Origin: Deltaproteobacteria bacterium
GTDB taxonomy: Bacteria; Desulfobacterota; GWC2-55-46; UBA9637
Assembly: GCA_016214995.1 (NCBI GenBank)
Contig: JACRML010000027.1
Location: 1,766 to 65,765, forward strand
Reading direction: 5' to 3'
Length of the DNA: 64,000 bases
Shown in pieces: positions 9,105-20,286 of this stretch (positions within the stretch are counted from its first letter, which is position 1; each line of letters starts with the position of its first letter). Under the pieces are notes generated by a model. It ran no database searches. It was given only the letters and a program-made list of their open reading frames with translations, and was not told the DNA's origin. The translations under genes were made by a program, and so were the position numbers.

Positions 9105-11174
9105 ATGAGATTTTCTGCATACTTCATTCTAATCTCTTATCTTATGGCAGGCACAGGGCTTGTGGCAGTCAGCCTGACCAATATAATAAGCCCTGTCTTT
9201 CTTATAGCAACGGGTATTCTTATATCCTTAAGTTTTTTCTTAAGCATTCTTGGTAAGCCCATTAATATACAGCGGCTTGTTTGGAACAGCCTTGCAATAA
9301 TTATATTGGCAGCCGGCCTTATAGACTATCTTCTTATATCACTCTCACTTATAGATGCGTCAGTCCGTTTTCTCACCATATTAATGGTTGCCAAACTCTT
9401 TGACCTCAAGACAAACAGGGATTATGCCACATTATATCTGCTGACATTTTTCCAGCTTCTTGCAGCATCTGCATCAACAGTAAATCTTTCATTTTTATTT
9501 GCTCTGGCATTATACATTCTGACGGGCATATGGGCGCTTACAATATTTAATCTTAAAAGAGACTGGGAAGAAAAATCAGTTGCCCATAATGAGATAGCAA
9601 AGAATATTCTCGACCCATATTTTTTCATCGTAACCGCAGGGCTTGCGGCTTTATCCCTTATAATCACCCTCTCCCTATTCTTTGTCATACCAAGGATGGG
9701 CGTAGGATTTTTTCCAAAACAGACCGCTGATACCATAAAAATATCGGGTTTTTCAGAAAAGATAGATATTGGAGACCTTGGACCAATCAAGCTGGACCCT
9801 TCGATAGTTATGCGAGTAGAATTGTCTGGCTATAAAACCCCTGCCACGTCCCGCCTGTATTTCAGGGGAATATCATTTGACACTTACAATGGCGCACAGT
9901 GGCAGCAAACAATAAAAGAGTTGGTAGCATTGCATAAAAACAGCAAAGGCATATGGAATTTAAAATCCGAAATCCAAAATTCAAATTCTGAAATTATTAT
10001 ACAAACAATCCTTCTGGAGCCAATAGAAACAAATGTCATCTTTGCAGCATCCACAGGCATAGGAGTTTCCGGCAATTTTCAGAATATAGCTGCCGACAAG
10101 ATGGGTTCATTTTATCTGCCGGCCCCGTTTTATTCCAGAATTGAATACACTGCATATTCCTTGCTGCCGGCTCACCCTAAACCCATATTGCCGGAACAGA
10201 GTTATTATAAAGAGGTGCCTTTGCAGTATCTTCATATACCATCCGGCCTTGATAGAGTTTCTGTGCTTGTTAAAGGCATCACCTCGGGTAAAAAGACACC
10301 GCTTGATAAGGCAATTTCAATAGAGGAATATCTCAAAAAAAATTACCGCTACACACTAAGCCCAGGCATCCCAGATAGAAGCATTCGGAAACAGGAAGGC
10401 AAAAACCCGGTAGAAGATTTTATTTTTTATACAAAGGCAGGCTACTGCGAACAATATGCAACCACAATGGCAATCATGCTGCGAACCATAGGCATACCTA
10501 GCAGGATTGTGACAGGTTTTCTGCCGGGAGAGTGGAACAAATTTGGGAATTATTTCATCATACGCAACAGAGATGCGCATTCGTGGGTAGAGGCTTACAT
10601 GCCTGGCGCAGGCTGGACTACATTTGATCCAACACCTTCTGCTGACACAGTTGGGGCAATGCCGGCGGCAACGACCGCTATAGGCCTGTATATTGATACG
10701 CTGAAGTGGAAATGGAATAGATATATAGTAAATTATTCTTTCCAAGATCAGATGAATCTGGCAAAGACGGTAGAAGGTAAAGGCCGCTCCATGCTGTCAA
10801 AGTTACGAGGGAGTTTTAATACCAAAACCGTAGCCTCTAAGTGGAAAGATATGCTCCTATTGATAACAGCGGTGGTAATTGCAGCTATTATTCTTATAAC
10901 CATAAGAAGCTTGGTTTTGAGGGCAAAAGGCAAGACAAGATGGCCGAATACCCCGCTGTTTTATAAAGATATGTTAGTGCTTTTGGCAAAAAAGGGTAAG
11001 ACAAAAAAGACGGGTGAAACTGCACTGGAATTTGCTGACTCAGTAGCTATTGAAGGGGTTAAGGCTGCAACAGATATTTATTATAATATAAGATTTGGCG
11101 GGCATAAACCAACAGACGAGGAAAAGGCTCAGATATCGGCTTATTTAATTAGCATACGAAAGACGCTGCCATAG
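9105..11174 (+). CDS. Transglutaminase-like membrane protein (DUF3488 + transglutaminase core)
   Basis: Multi-TM N-terminus and Cys-His-Asp core GYCEQYATTMAIMLR ... RDAHSWVEAY ... WTTFDPTP. Confidence 0.85.
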   Translation: MRFSAYFILISYLMAGTGLVAVSLTNIISPVFLIATGILISLSFFLSILGKPINIQRLVWNSLAIIILAAGLIDYLLISLSLIDASVRFLTILMVAKLFDLKTNRDYATLYLLTFFQLLAASASTVNLSFLFALALYILTGIWALTIFNLKRDWEEKSVAHNEIAKNILDPYFFIVTAGLAALSLIITLSLFFVIPRMGVGFFPKQTADTIKISGFSEKIDIGDLGPIKLDPSIVMRVELSGYKTPATSRLYFRGISFDTYNGAQWQQTIKELVALHKNSKGIWNLKSEIQNSNSEIIIQTILLEPIETNVIFAASTGIGVSGNFQNIAADKMGSFYLPAPFYSRIEYTAYSLLPAHPKPILPEQSYYKEVPLQYLHIPSGLDRVSVLVKGITSGKKTPLDKAISIEEYLKKNYRYTLSPGIPDRSIRKQEGKNPVEDFIFYTKAGYCEQYATTMAIMLRTIGIPSRIVTGFLPGEWNKFGNYFIIRNRDAHSWVEAYMPGAGWTTFDPTPSADTVGAMPAATTAIGLYIDTLKWKWNRYIVNYSFQDQMNLAKTVEGKGRSMLSKLRGSFNTKTVASKWKDMLLLITAVVIAAIILITIRSLVLRAKGKTRWPNTPLFYKDMLVLLAKKGKTKKTGETALEFADSVAIEGVKAATDIYYNIRFGGHKPTDEEKAQISAYLISIRKTLP

Positions 11175-11264
11175 AAGAAATTTAAAGCTCTGGTGGGCTA
11201 CTTCCCGAAAAAGGAGACTATCAATGGACAGAAAGGATAATCTTCTCTATTGTGCAGTTCATTA

Positions 11265-11340
11265 TGGAGGCGGCGAGCGGATTTGAACCGCTGCATCGCA
11301 GTTTTGCAGACTGCTCCCTTAGCCACTTGGGTACGCCGCC
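11265..11340 (-). tRNA. tRNA-Cys (GCA), CCA encoded
   Basis: Minus strand GGCGGCG-TA-CCCAAGTGGCTAAGGGA-G-CAGT-CTGCAAA-ACTG-CGATGC-AGCGGTTCAAATCCGCT-CGCCGCC-TCCA. 7-bp acceptor stem, anticodon loop CU-GCA-AA, T-loop GTTCAAATC. Confidence 0.9.
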
Positions 11341-11482
11341 GTGATATTGTAGTAAACAGTATAATTACCCCACCTGTTATTTGTCAAGGCAAAAAGGATC
11401 TCTGTGCAAAAAAGATCTCTACTTGCATTGCTTAATATTCCAGCAAACCTTCCCTAATCTGCCAAACAAAAACTTGTGATAA

Positions 11483-12388
11483 TCAACCTAATTCCTCTAT
11501 ATATTTTTCTGCCATAAATGCAGCAATGGCGCCGTCTCCGACCGCCGTTGCTACCTGTTTGAGAGACGTTGTTCTGCAATCGCCTGCTGCAAATATACCT
11601 TTTACCGATGTCTGCATATTCTGGTCGGTCTTTATAAAACCCTGCTCATCTTTTTCAACGTCAACAAAATCGCTTGTCGGATTTATGCCGACAAAAACAA
11701 AAACCCCTTCCACATCAAGTTCTCTTACACTGTTATCCTTGAGATTCTGCAACACAACCTTCTCAACCACTGTCTTTCCTTTTATTCCCTTTAAGACATG
11801 GCTTAAGACCATCTCTATATTTGATGTGGAAAGGGCTTTCTCCTGTATTACCTTCTCAGCCCTGAGTTGGTCTCGCCTGTGGGCAAGATAGACCTTGCTT
11901 GCAATCTTGGACAGGTAGACTGCCTCTTTTACAGCAGTATCGCCGCCGCCGACAACCAAAACCTGCTGTCCTTTAAAAAATGGGCCGTCGCAGGTTGCGC
12001 AGTAGGAAACACCCTTGCCTGTAAATTCTTTCTCTCCGGGAACACCCAATCTTTTTGGTTTTGCACCGGTAGCTACAATTACTGCCTTTGTTGTTAAATC
12101 CCCTTCAGAAGTTTTGATAATCTTTTGTTTGCCTTCATCTTGAATATCCGCAACATCTGCCAGTTTTATCTCAAGCCCAAAACCTCTTGCCTGCTGTTCA
12201 AACTTTTCCATAAGGCCGGCACCGCTTATTGATGGAAAACCAGGGTAATTTTCTATAACATCGCTGACAGCAATCTGACCACCCACCACTTCCTTTTCTA
12301 AAAGAAGTGTTTTAAGCCTTGCCCTCTGGGCATAAATGCCTGCGGTAAGTCCTGCAGGACCTCCGCCGATGATGATGAGATCATACAT
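11483..12388 (-). CDS. trxB: Thioredoxin-disulfide reductase
   Basis: MYDLIIIGGGPAGLTAG FAD motif, redox-active CATCDG, NADPH motif VVGGGDTA. Start at ATG 12388. Confidence 0.92.
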   Translation of the reverse strand: MYDLIIIGGGPAGLTAGIYAQRARLKTLLLEKEVVGGQIAVSDVIENYPGFPSISGAGLMEKFEQQARGFGLEIKLADVADIQDEGKQKIIKTSEGDLTTKAVIVATGAKPKRLGVPGEKEFTGKGVSYCATCDGPFFKGQQVLVVGGGDTAVKEAVYLSKIASKVYLAHRRDQLRAEKVIQEKALSTSNIEMVLSHVLKGIKGKTVVEKVVLQNLKDNSVRELDVEGVFVFVGINPTSDFVDVEKDEQGFIKTDQNMQTSVKGIFAAGDCRTTSLKQVATAVGDGAIAAFMAEKYIEELG

Positions 12389-12423
12389 AGTGAACTCCCT
12401 TCTAATACAAATTCCAAATAACA

Positions 12424-12534
12424 AATTTCTAATTTCTAAATCCTAATTTCTAATAAAATGTCAAATGTCAAAAAACATTGGAAATTTAGTCATCGGACAT
12501 TTCATTGGAAATTAGACATTAGGATTTAGGATTT
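12424..12534. repeat. Long degenerate heptamer-array hairpin (CTAATTT/CTAAATC family)
   Basis: ctaattt ctaaatc ctaattt ctaata ... aattagacattaggatttaggattt, with an inner gtcaaatgtcaaaaaacattg palindrome. Confidence 0.7.
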
Positions 12535-12539
12535 TCAAG

Positions 12540-13991
12540 TCATCCTTTCCAAAATATCGGAGTAAATAAAATCAAAAGTGTATATATCTCAAGCCTGCCA
12601 AGAAGCATGCAGAATATAAGAAGCCACTTGCCGATATAAGGGATCTCGCTGAAATTTGAAAGCGGACCGATAACCCCAAGGCCTGGCCCTACGCCGCCCA
12701 TTGTTGTAGCAACTGAGGAAATAGCGCTGACTATATCAAGCCCCAGAAATGTCATTGCCAGAGAAACCACAAAAAAGATAACAATATACAAAAATGTAAA
12801 ACCAATTGCGCCTGTCATAACCTCAGTAGGAACAACCCTGTCGCCAAGCTTTATCGGTATAACGGCATGAGGATGTATAAGGTGGCGAAGCTCTTTATAT
12901 CCTTGTTTAAGCAATAACATAATTCTTAAGCATTTTATAGCCCCCGTTGTTGAGCCTGTTGAACCACCAATGAGCATCAATACAACGAGAATAAGCTGTG
13001 AGAAAGAAGGCCACTTTGCAAAGTCAGTAGATGAAAAACCAGTGCATGTTCCTATGGAAACAACCTGAAATGACGCATATCTGAAAGATGAAATAATATT
13101 ATCATAAAATGAAAAACGGAGATTAACTGTAACAAGGAATATGGCAAGCAGTTGCAAACCAAAATAAAAACGAAATTCGGAATTCCGCCAGTATATCTTT
13201 GGCCCATGTTTCAAGATGTTTGTATGCAATGCAAAATTTGTTGCAGAGAGAAACATAAATATCGTGATAATAAATTCAATGAGCGGGCTGCGATAATATT
13301 CAACGCTTATGTCTTTATTGGAGAATCCGCCTGTTGCAACAGTGCCAAACGCATGTATAACTGCGTCAAAAGGCCCCATGCCTGCCAATATAAAGGCAGT
13401 CATTCCTGTGACGGTAATTCCAATATAAACCAGGCCGAACAGCTTAACAGTTTCAATAAGCCGCGGTGCCAGCTTATCGGAAGAAACCCCCACGCCCGTG
13501 GCCTCTGCCCTGTAAAGCTGCATCCCTCCTATCCCAAGTATCGGCAATATGGCTATAGATAAAAGGATTATTCCCATGCCCCCAATCCAGTGTGTTAAAC
13601 TTCTCCATAAGAGTATGCCATGCGGCAGATTTTCTACAGATGTAAAAACAGAGGCGCCTGTTGTTGTAAAACCTGATATGGACTCAAAATAGGCATCTAC
13701 GAAATTAAGCAGTGTCCCTGAAAAAAGATATGGCAACGCCCCAAATAAACCGGCGCTCATCCATGCAATTGCGGTTATGGCAAAACCCTCTCTGTGCGAA
13801 ACGTCTATCCGCTGTCCTTTAAAGAGCATGAATAAAACACCGCCAATGCCTGAAGTTAATATGGCTGATGACAATAGGGCTATTACCGCCGGCTCTCTAT
13901 ACGCAAGAGATATTGCAGCAGGAACCAGCATGGAAGAGCCAAGAACTATGCCCAATATCCCAAGAAGATACAAAATTACTTTGACTCTCAT
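12540..13991 (-). CDS. trkH: TrkH-family potassium uptake protein
   Basis: 483 aa polytopic protein with repeated selectivity-filter-like GFTTTG/ATGGFS/GSTGSTTGA/TMGGVGPG motifs. Adjacent to trkA. Confidence 0.9.
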   Translation of the reverse strand: MRVKVILYLLGILGIVLGSSMLVPAAISLAYREPAVIALLSSAILTSGIGGVLFMLFKGQRIDVSHREGFAITAIAWMSAGLFGALPYLFSGTLLNFVDAYFESISGFTTTGASVFTSVENLPHGILLWRSLTHWIGGMGIILLSIAILPILGIGGMQLYRAEATGVGVSSDKLAPRLIETVKLFGLVYIGITVTGMTAFILAGMGPFDAVIHAFGTVATGGFSNKDISVEYYRSPLIEFIITIFMFLSATNFALHTNILKHGPKIYWRNSEFRFYFGLQLLAIFLVTVNLRFSFYDNIISSFRYASFQVVSIGTCTGFSSTDFAKWPSFSQLILVVLMLIGGSTGSTTGAIKCLRIMLLLKQGYKELRHLIHPHAVIPIKLGDRVVPTEVMTGAIGFTFLYIVIFFVVSLAMTFLGLDIVSAISSVATTMGGVGPGLGVIGPLSNFSEIPYIGKWLLIFCMLLGRLEIYTLLILFTPIFWKG

Positions 13992-14011
13992 TATCGCTTC
14001 ACCACATTTTC

Positions 14012-14060
14012 AAGGTTAAGTGATTTTCTTTCCTCAACCTCAGCCTTAACCTTAACCTAT
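14012..14060. repeat. Heptamer hairpin, AGGTTAAG/CTTAACC family
   Basis: caaggttaag ... ctcaacctcagccttaaccttaacct. The same family recurs at 18120-18197. Confidence 0.6.
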
Positions 14061-14062
14061 CT

Positions 14063-15430
14063 TTAAAAATACTCCGGTTTTACCATAAGCATCTTTTCAA
14101 TCTTTGGTACCGCCTTCGCAAGGGTAAAAATGATGACCTTATCGCCAGGCTGAATCACTGTTTCTCCTTCAGGTATAACAACATTACTATTTTCTTTAAC
14201 AACCGCGCCTATCAATGCCCCCTGAGGAAGCTTGAGTTCTTTTAATGGCCGGCTGACAATATCCGCTGTCTCCATGGCTACTGTTTCAATTGCCTCAACC
14301 CTTTCCTCCATCAATTGAGTTACCGCCAGTATTTTCCCTCTTCTCACAAATTGCAATATTCCGCTCACAGAGGCAAGCCGCGGAGAAACACCCACATCTA
14401 TCCCTATAGTAGAGACCATGGATAGATATTCGGGCTTATCAATCAACGAAATGCATCTGCTGGCGCCCATTCTCTTAGCCAAAAGAGCGCTCAATATATT
14501 GGCCTCCTCATCGTTAGTAACTGCAATAAAGGTGTCTATATCCATCACATTTTCTTCCATAAGGAGATTCTGGTCTGTGCCGTCTCCTCTGATAACTATC
14601 GTTTTATTCAACTTATCTGCGATAAACTCAGCCCTTTTCTCATTTCTTTCTATAACCTTTACAGAAAAACCTCTTTTCTCAAGCCACTGGGCAAGGTAAA
14701 AACCAATATCACCCCCGCCAACCATCATAACCTTGCTGCCTGCCTTCTCTTTTCTGCCGAGGAGTTTAATGAGGTTAGGTATCTCAGCAGGAACAGTCAC
14801 GGCAAAAACAAGGTCACCTGTCTCAAGAATAGTAGATCCGTTTGGTATTATGGTTTCGCTCCCCCTGTAAATGGCTACTATTATAACCCTGTGATCCGGA
14901 TGCAGATCTTTCAGGTCTTTGAGTTTTTGCCCAACAGCGCCGCATGTTTGTGTAAGTTTTATGCCTACTAATTTGACCTTGCCATCTGCGAATTCAACTA
15001 CATCCAATGCCCCGGATACCTCTATAATCCTCAATATCCTCTCTGCAGCAGCCTTTTCAGGATTTATATTAAAATCCAAATCCAGATAATCCTTTTCAAA
15101 TATCTGGGTGTAGTTGGCATAGTCAGGTTCTCTTATCCTTGCTATCTTTTTTGGAATCTTTGACTGGCTGCCTGCAATAAGACAGGCTATCATATTAACC
15201 TCATCGCTGTCGGTTACAGCAATAACAATATCCGAACGTTCTACCCCGGCCTCCATTAAGACCCTTGGGCTGCTGCCGCTGCCGTGTATAACCTTTACAT
15301 CCAGATTTTCTGCCACTTCTCTAATACGCCTCTCATCCTTTTCTATTATAACTACATCCTGAGCCTCGGAAGAAAGTCTTTTTGCAATGGTATGTCCCAC
15401 TACACCTGCGCCGATTATTATAACCTTCAT
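14063..15430 (-). CDS. trkA: Trk system potassium transporter subunit TrkA
   Basis: Two RCK/NAD-binding repeats (IIGAGVVG and MVGGGDIG). Confidence 0.92.
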   Translation of the reverse strand: MKVIIIGAGVVGHTIAKRLSSEAQDVVIIEKDERRIREVAENLDVKVIHGSGSSPRVLMEAGVERSDIVIAVTDSDEVNMIACLIAGSQSKIPKKIARIREPDYANYTQIFEKDYLDLDFNINPEKAAAERILRIIEVSGALDVVEFADGKVKLVGIKLTQTCGAVGQKLKDLKDLHPDHRVIIVAIYRGSETIIPNGSTILETGDLVFAVTVPAEIPNLIKLLGRKEKAGSKVMMVGGGDIGFYLAQWLEKRGFSVKVIERNEKRAEFIADKLNKTIVIRGDGTDQNLLMEENVMDIDTFIAVTNDEEANILSALLAKRMGASRCISLIDKPEYLSMVSTIGIDVGVSPRLASVSGILQFVRRGKILAVTQLMEERVEAIETVAMETADIVSRPLKELKLPQGALIGAVVKENSNVVIPEGETVIQPGDKVIIFTLAKAVPKIEKMLMVKPEYF

Positions 15431-15587
15431 TCATGCCTCCCATACTAATGTGCAGTCAACGCCATAAATAAGAAACAAATTCTTTTTAAATAAAAATCAA
15501 AACAGTGGAAATTCGATCACTGGGTGTTTTATTAGAAACATGTCCCCGAAGGTCTTCATCGTGGATTAGACATTCGGATTTTCTCTC

Positions 15588-16619
15588 TCAATGTTTGTCT
15601 TTCTGCATAACTATCTTTTTTGCTGCTGCAGACAGGGCGCTTGAAACATTTTTACTTTTCGCAATATGCTGAACATCTTTCTCGTGTAATTGACTTATAA
15701 GCCGCATGGCAACGGCTAAAGGTGTCTTGGGGTTATTAACCATGCCCAATTTTACGGGATATTTTTTTAGCCACTCCTTGTTGTTTGCCACCTGCCTGAG
15801 TATATCGTCTGAAATACTTCTTGAGTTGACTACCTTTACAACCTCGTCTTCAGTAATCCTCGGATTTTTTAATACGGTAGATGAAATAAGCTTATTGGAA
15901 TCCTTCAAAAGTATGTCCCTCGCCTCCTTATTGCCAAGCAGGGCCAGCTTAATCCTTTCCGCAACATTCATACGCTGCACTTTTTTATAAAAACTTTCCT
16001 TCTCTGCCTCCGTCACAGCTTCCTTTTCTGTTTTCAAATCAGCATCAATGGCCGATGCTTCTTTAGCCGTCTCCCTTATGGAGGGGGGTTCTATTTCAGC
16101 AGGCTTAGGTACATCCTCTGGCTTTGGAGCGGGCCTTCCAATTGATACAAGAAAGGCCTCCACCCTGTCAACAACAGATTTGCCAACACAAGGATTGGCT
16201 TTAAGAGCATCCAGCAGGGATGGGTTGCGCATGAGCCTTGTTTCATTTTCTGCTACGATATTTGCCACATTCTCAGGGCCATTGGAGGCCAGGAATGTCA
16301 TTGTCTCATCGTCCGTATTGCGATTCAATGCAACCATCACAAGTATCGCCTCATCTCTCTGATGAATATTTGCAATGGCCTTTGTCACAGCAGGGTTCAA
16401 ATCACCATCCAAAACCGTCAGCAATAAATCGGCAGGAACCCCTTCGAGGCTTTTTTTTGCCGTTTCACTAACATCATGGTCGCTATCGCCTAAAAGCATG
16501 CAAAGAAGCGTAACCATATCCTTTGGTTCCATGGGAAAGGCAGCCTTAGCCGCCATAAGCCTTGTTTCCTTACTGGTTTGAGGGGAGACAAACTTCTCCA
16601 AATTGGCTGGTATTTTCAT
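15588..16619 (-). CDS. Hypothetical protein, alpha-helical repeat (HEAT/ARM-like)
   Basis: ORF 15588..16643. ATG 16619 lies 9 nt downstream of GGAG. No recognisable catalytic motif. Confidence 0.5.
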   Translation of the reverse strand: MKIPANLEKFVSPQTSKETRLMAAKAAFPMEPKDMVTLLCMLLGDSDHDVSETAKKSLEGVPADLLLTVLDGDLNPAVTKAIANIHQRDEAILVMVALNRNTDDETMTFLASNGPENVANIVAENETRLMRNPSLLDALKANPCVGKSVVDRVEAFLVSIGRPAPKPEDVPKPAEIEPPSIRETAKEASAIDADLKTEKEAVTEAEKESFYKKVQRMNVAERIKLALLGNKEARDILLKDSNKLISSTVLKNPRITEDEVVKVVNSRSISDDILRQVANNKEWLKKYPVKLGMVNNPKTPLAVAMRLISQLHEKDVQHIAKSKNVSSALSAAAKKIVMQKDKH

Positions 16620-16642
16620 GGTCGCTTTACTCCATGCAAACA

Positions 16643-16791
16643 AAATCCTAAACGCAGGAAAATCCTAAATCCTAACTTCTAAATCCTAAACAAATTCAAA
16701 ACCCAAAAGTCCAAATGTTCAAAACTGTTTTGAATTTAGAATTTTGGTCATTTGATATTATTTAGGATTTCGGATTTAGAAATTAGAATTT
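16643..16791. repeat. ~150-nt degenerate heptamer-array palindrome (AATCCTA family)
   Basis: aatccta aatccta acttcta aatccta aa ... caaattcaaaac/gttttgaatttag ... tttaggatttcggatttagaaattagaattt. Confidence 0.7.
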
Positions 16792-16817
16792 GTCTTTCCA
16801 TATTATATCCCAACATC

Positions 16818-17315
16818 TCAATCCTTATCCTTTACCGCTTCCTTCTGCCTTCTAATCCTGCCAATAATACCTGGTATTGTCTTTCTGAATAACATGCCAA
16901 GAAATTTATTTATGGGATTAGACCTTTTCGCGAACGGTATTATAGGCTTTTCCACAGCTCCAAGTTTTACCAACTCATTACAGATGATACTGTTTTCAGG
17001 GTCAATCATAAGCCCTTTTTTTAAAACAGCAACAGCCCCTTTTTTATTATCAATCTTAAGATATACCTTGGCAAGGTTTATATAATATTCGGTTTTAGAA
17101 AAGTCTTTCTTTACCGCTTTTGTGCAAAGCTCAATCCCCAACCCTATCTCACCCCATCGCAAGGCGGCGCACATTCCATAATAAGACATATATTTTGCAT
17201 TCTCCTTATCCTCTTTATATGCCTTTTCAAACGCCCTTGTTGCCTTTTCCAAGATACCCTCTTTTAAAAAGTGTAATCCTTGCTTAAATTGCTCCTCTGA
17301 AGATTCTGTTGCCAT
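16818..17315 (-). CDS. Tetratricopeptide-repeat protein
   Basis: 165 aa with a TPR-like helical repeat pattern. Abuts coaX. Confidence 0.6.
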   Translation of the reverse strand: MATESSEEQFKQGLHFLKEGILEKATRAFEKAYKEDKENAKYMSYYGMCAALRWGEIGLGIELCTKAVKKDFSKTEYYINLAKVYLKIDNKKGAVAVLKKGLMIDPENSIICNELVKLGAVEKPIIPFAKRSNPINKFLGMLFRKTIPGIIGRIRRQKEAVKDKD

Positions 17316-18109
17316 TATATATTCCTCTCATAAATAATCTTCAAACCCTCAAGAGTCAAAAATTCATCAACACGTTCAATTGTTCTGCTCTCAGGCGAAA
17401 TGAGTTTGGCAAGCCCGCCGGTAGCCACAACCTTGGCTTTTGAACCAACCTCCATCTTCATCATTTCGACAATACCGTCCACAAGCCCTACATAGCCATA
17501 GAATATACCGGCCTGCATGCTGTCAATGGTATTTTTGCCAACAATCTTTCTGGGCTTTGTTATTTCAACCCGTGGAAGTTTTGCAGCCCTCTGAAACAGA
17601 GCATCCGTTGATATGCCTATGCCGGGCGCAATGGCGCCGCCCATATATTCGCCTTTCTTAGATACATAGTCAAATGTCGTTGCAGTACCGAAATCAACAA
17701 TAATAACTGCATCTTTATAAATCTCGTATGCGGCGACTGCGTTCACAATCCTGTCTGCCCCAACCTCTTTGGGATTATCTGTCATAATGGGCATGCCTGT
17801 CTTGGTGCCAGGACCAACAACAAGAGGTTTAACGCCGAAATATCTTTCTCCCACCTCAAGGAATGTGTCAATCAAAGGCGGAACAACGCAGGATATGATA
17901 GCGCCGCCGATACTATCGGCTTCGATTTTGGTAAAGTTAAAAAGATCCATTATCATAATCCCATACTCATCAGCGGTCCTGCTCTTTTTTGTACCTATAC
18001 GCCAGTGATGGACAAGCCTTTGGCTTTTGTCATGGACAGATTTGTGCCTATCCGTATTATAAATGCCAACAACGATATTTGTATTGCCTATGTCGATAAC
18101 TAAAAGCAT
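17315..18109 (-). CDS. coaX: Type III pantothenate kinase
   Basis: [30 protein letters not shown] motifs. Confidence 0.9.
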   Translation of the reverse strand: MLLVIDIGNTNIVVGIYNTDRHKSVHDKSQRLVHHWRIGTKKSRTADEYGIMIMDLFNFTKIEADSIGGAIISCVVPPLIDTFLEVGERYFGVKPLVVGPGTKTGMPIMTDNPKEVGADRIVNAVAAYEIYKDAVIIVDFGTATTFDYVSKKGEYMGGAIAPGIGISTDALFQRAAKLPRVEITKPRKIVGKNTIDSMQAGIFYGYVGLVDGIVEMMKMEVGSKAKVVATGGLAKLISPESRTIERVDEFLTLEGLKIIYERNI

Positions 18110-18119
18110 ATTTAAAACA

Positions 18120-18197
18120 GGCTAAGGCTTAGGCTCAGGTTAAGAAAAAAACAAGCAACACTTTTTTATTTTTTATATTTCTCAACCTTAACCTTTA
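18120..18197. repeat. Heptamer hairpin, GGCTAAG/AGGTTAAG...CTTAACC family
   Basis: ggctaag gcttagg ctcaggt taag ... ctcaaccttaaccttt. The right arm overlaps the stop of V-ATPase D. Confidence 0.6.
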
Positions 18198-18814
18198 TCT
18201 TGCCTCCTCCTCTTGTACCTTTTCAATCTGTATATATCTTCCCTTTCCCTCTCCTCATGAACCCGTTCTATACCCTTCATGCCATACTGTATAGACGGCA
18301 TAATAATCTCCTCAAGGGCATTTATTCTTCTCATATCAGCCTTTATCTCCTCCCCTACCCTCTTTAGCCTTACCTCGCTTGATGCAATTGTAACAATGGC
18401 CTCAAGCACCTTTTCAAAACCCCTTGCAGTCTCAATGACCAGACTGCCCTCTCCTATCGGCGATATATCCCTCGCTTCAATATTTCTTACAAAGGCCTTC
18501 TGTTCTATCTCCGGTATATTTATCCCCCATATATTCTTCACCTTTATATCTATAGATATATCCCTTTTAGAGGCATATGCTGTTGAATAAATTATGTCGC
18601 CAAGAAATGCTTTGGCAAGATGCAGTGAGTATGTTGCATCCCTCATCTGAGAGTTTAACTTTGTCCTTAATTCAAGGCATTCTCCGACACATCTGAAAAA
18701 ATCCTTCATCAGGGCATCTCTCTTGCTTCTCAAGAGCTTGGCCCCGCTCTTTGACACGGAAAGCTGTGTATTTAAAAACAGAAGATTTATCCTTGTGGGC
18801 GAAAATTTTTCCAT
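18188..18814 (-). CDS. atpD: V-type ATP synthase subunit D
   Basis: MEKFSPTRINLL...LLRSKRDAL... typical of the central-stalk D subunit. Start at ATG 18814; upstream codons of the ORF translate a REP. Confidence 0.85.
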   Translation of the reverse strand: MEKFSPTRINLLFLNTQLSVSKSGAKLLRSKRDALMKDFFRCVGECLELRTKLNSQMRDATYSLHLAKAFLGDIIYSTAYASKRDISIDIKVKNIWGINIPEIEQKAFVRNIEARDISPIGEGSLVIETARGFEKVLEAIVTIASSEVRLKRVGEEIKADMRRINALEEIIMPSIQYGMKGIERVHEEREREDIYRLKRYKRRRQDKG

Positions 18815-18849
18815 AGTCAGTTCATGCGAAAATGGCTTTTTTAATACAG

Positions 18850-18906
18850 TGTAGGGGCGGCCCTTGTGGCCGCCCAAAAGCGGGAGAGGACAAGCCCCTC
18901 CCCTAC
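18850..18906. repeat. REP-like palindrome GTAGGGG...CCCCTAC
   Basis: gtaggggcggcccttgtggccgcccaaaagcgggagaggacaagcccctcccctac, with inner stem ggcggcc/ggccgcc. Confidence 0.6.
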
Positions 18907-20282
18907 GGAGAATGGGAATAGTATTTCTCTACAAACTCCTCCTTTATCCTTATAAGCTCTGTTTTTGGCAATGTTGACAAAAGAGTCCAGCCCAGTTTTA
19001 ACGTATCATCTATTGACCTGTCAGCATCACCCTGCCCTACAAACTGCTTTTCAAATTCATCTGCAAATTTCAGATACAGTCTATCCATAGAAGTTAAACC
19101 CTCTTCGCCTATAATTGTGGCAAGCCTTTTCGTATCCCTACCCTTTGCATAAAATGCATACAACTGGTCAGCCACGCCCCTGTGGTCATCTCTGGTCTTG
19201 TCCTTGCCTATGCCAAGATTCATGAGTCTTGAAAGCGATGGAAGCACATCCACTGGCGGATATATACCTTTCCTGAATAGCGCTCTGCTTAAGACAATCT
19301 GGCCTTCGGTTATATAGCCGCTTAAATCTGCTATCGGGTGGGTTATATCATCATCCGGCATTGTTAGTATAGGAATCAGTGTGATAGAACCATCCTTCCC
19401 CTTTATCCTGCCTGCCCGTTCATAAATTGTGGCAAGGTCTGTATACATATAGCCAGGATAACCCCTTCTTCCCGGTATCTCTTCCCTTGCGCTCCCTATC
19501 TCACGCATGGCCTCACAGTAGTTTGTCATATCTGTAAGTATTACCAGAACATGGTGCCCTTTTTCAAATGCAAGATATTCAGCAGCGGTCAAAGCGCTCC
19601 TCGGCGTAAACAGCCTTTCAATGGTCGGGTCTTCCGCCTTGTTTATAAAGGCCACAGTCCGCTCCATTACCCCGCTTTGTTCAAAAACCTTTTTAAAGAA
19701 AAATGCCTCCCTTGATGTAATCCCCATGGCGCCAAATACAATGGAAAACTGCTCGCCACCTGCAACCTTTGCCTGCCGGACTATCTGGGCTGCTATCTCA
19801 TTGGCAGGAAGACCTGCGCCGGAAAATATCGGCAGCTTCTGCCCCCGCACCAAAGTATTCAGACCGTCTATGGTTGATATGCCGGTCTGTATAAAATGAG
19901 CAGGCTTGTCCCGTGCAGTAGGATTTATGGGAAGACCGTTTATGTCCAGCCTTGCTTCGGGTATAATTGGGCAAAAGCCGTCTTCCGGCTCTCCAAGCCC
20001 ATTAAAAAATTTGCCGAGAATATCAATAGATACGCCAATCTTCGCAGTTTCTCCTTTAAGTCTAATCTTTGCCCCTAAAGTATCAACCCCTGATGTGCCT
20101 TCCAGCACCTGCACCACTGCAAGGCCTTCCGTAATCTGGAGTATCTGCCCTTTTCTTATTTCACCATCGGCAAGATGAATCTCCACCATCTCGCCAAGGC
20201 TTCCAGCCGTCACACCCTCAACAAATATGAGCGGTCCGGATATGCTGGTTATGGATTGGTATTCAAAGGTTAACAATCTCAT
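18903..20282 (-). CDS. atpB: V-type ATP synthase subunit B
   Basis: 459 aa, the non-catalytic alpha/beta-fold subunit (…[13 protein letters not shown]…, [15 protein letters not shown]). Confidence 0.95.
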   Translation of the reverse strand: MRLLTFEYQSITSISGPLIFVEGVTAGSLGEMVEIHLADGEIRKGQILQITEGLAVVQVLEGTSGVDTLGAKIRLKGETAKIGVSIDILGKFFNGLGEPEDGFCPIIPEARLDINGLPINPTARDKPAHFIQTGISTIDGLNTLVRGQKLPIFSGAGLPANEIAAQIVRQAKVAGGEQFSIVFGAMGITSREAFFFKKVFEQSGVMERTVAFINKAEDPTIERLFTPRSALTAAEYLAFEKGHHVLVILTDMTNYCEAMREIGSAREEIPGRRGYPGYMYTDLATIYERAGRIKGKDGSITLIPILTMPDDDITHPIADLSGYITEGQIVLSRALFRKGIYPPVDVLPSLSRLMNLGIGKDKTRDDHRGVADQLYAFYAKGRDTKRLATIIGEEGLTSMDRLYLKFADEFEKQFVGQGDADRSIDDTLKLGWTLLSTLPKTELIRIKEEFVEKYYSHSP

Positions 20283-20286
20283 GGCT

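Noticed and set aside
9011-9256. 81-aa plus-strand ORF before the transglutaminase gene
   Set aside because: It overlaps the better-supported start at 9105 in another frame, begins inside the GATTACACAGAT repeat region, and has no motif.
15431-15587. c-di-AMP (ydaO-type) or other riboswitch upstream of trkA
   Set aside because: The spacer is mostly AT-rich with one small hairpin. I could not find the paired ACGGGG/CCCA-type conserved cores.
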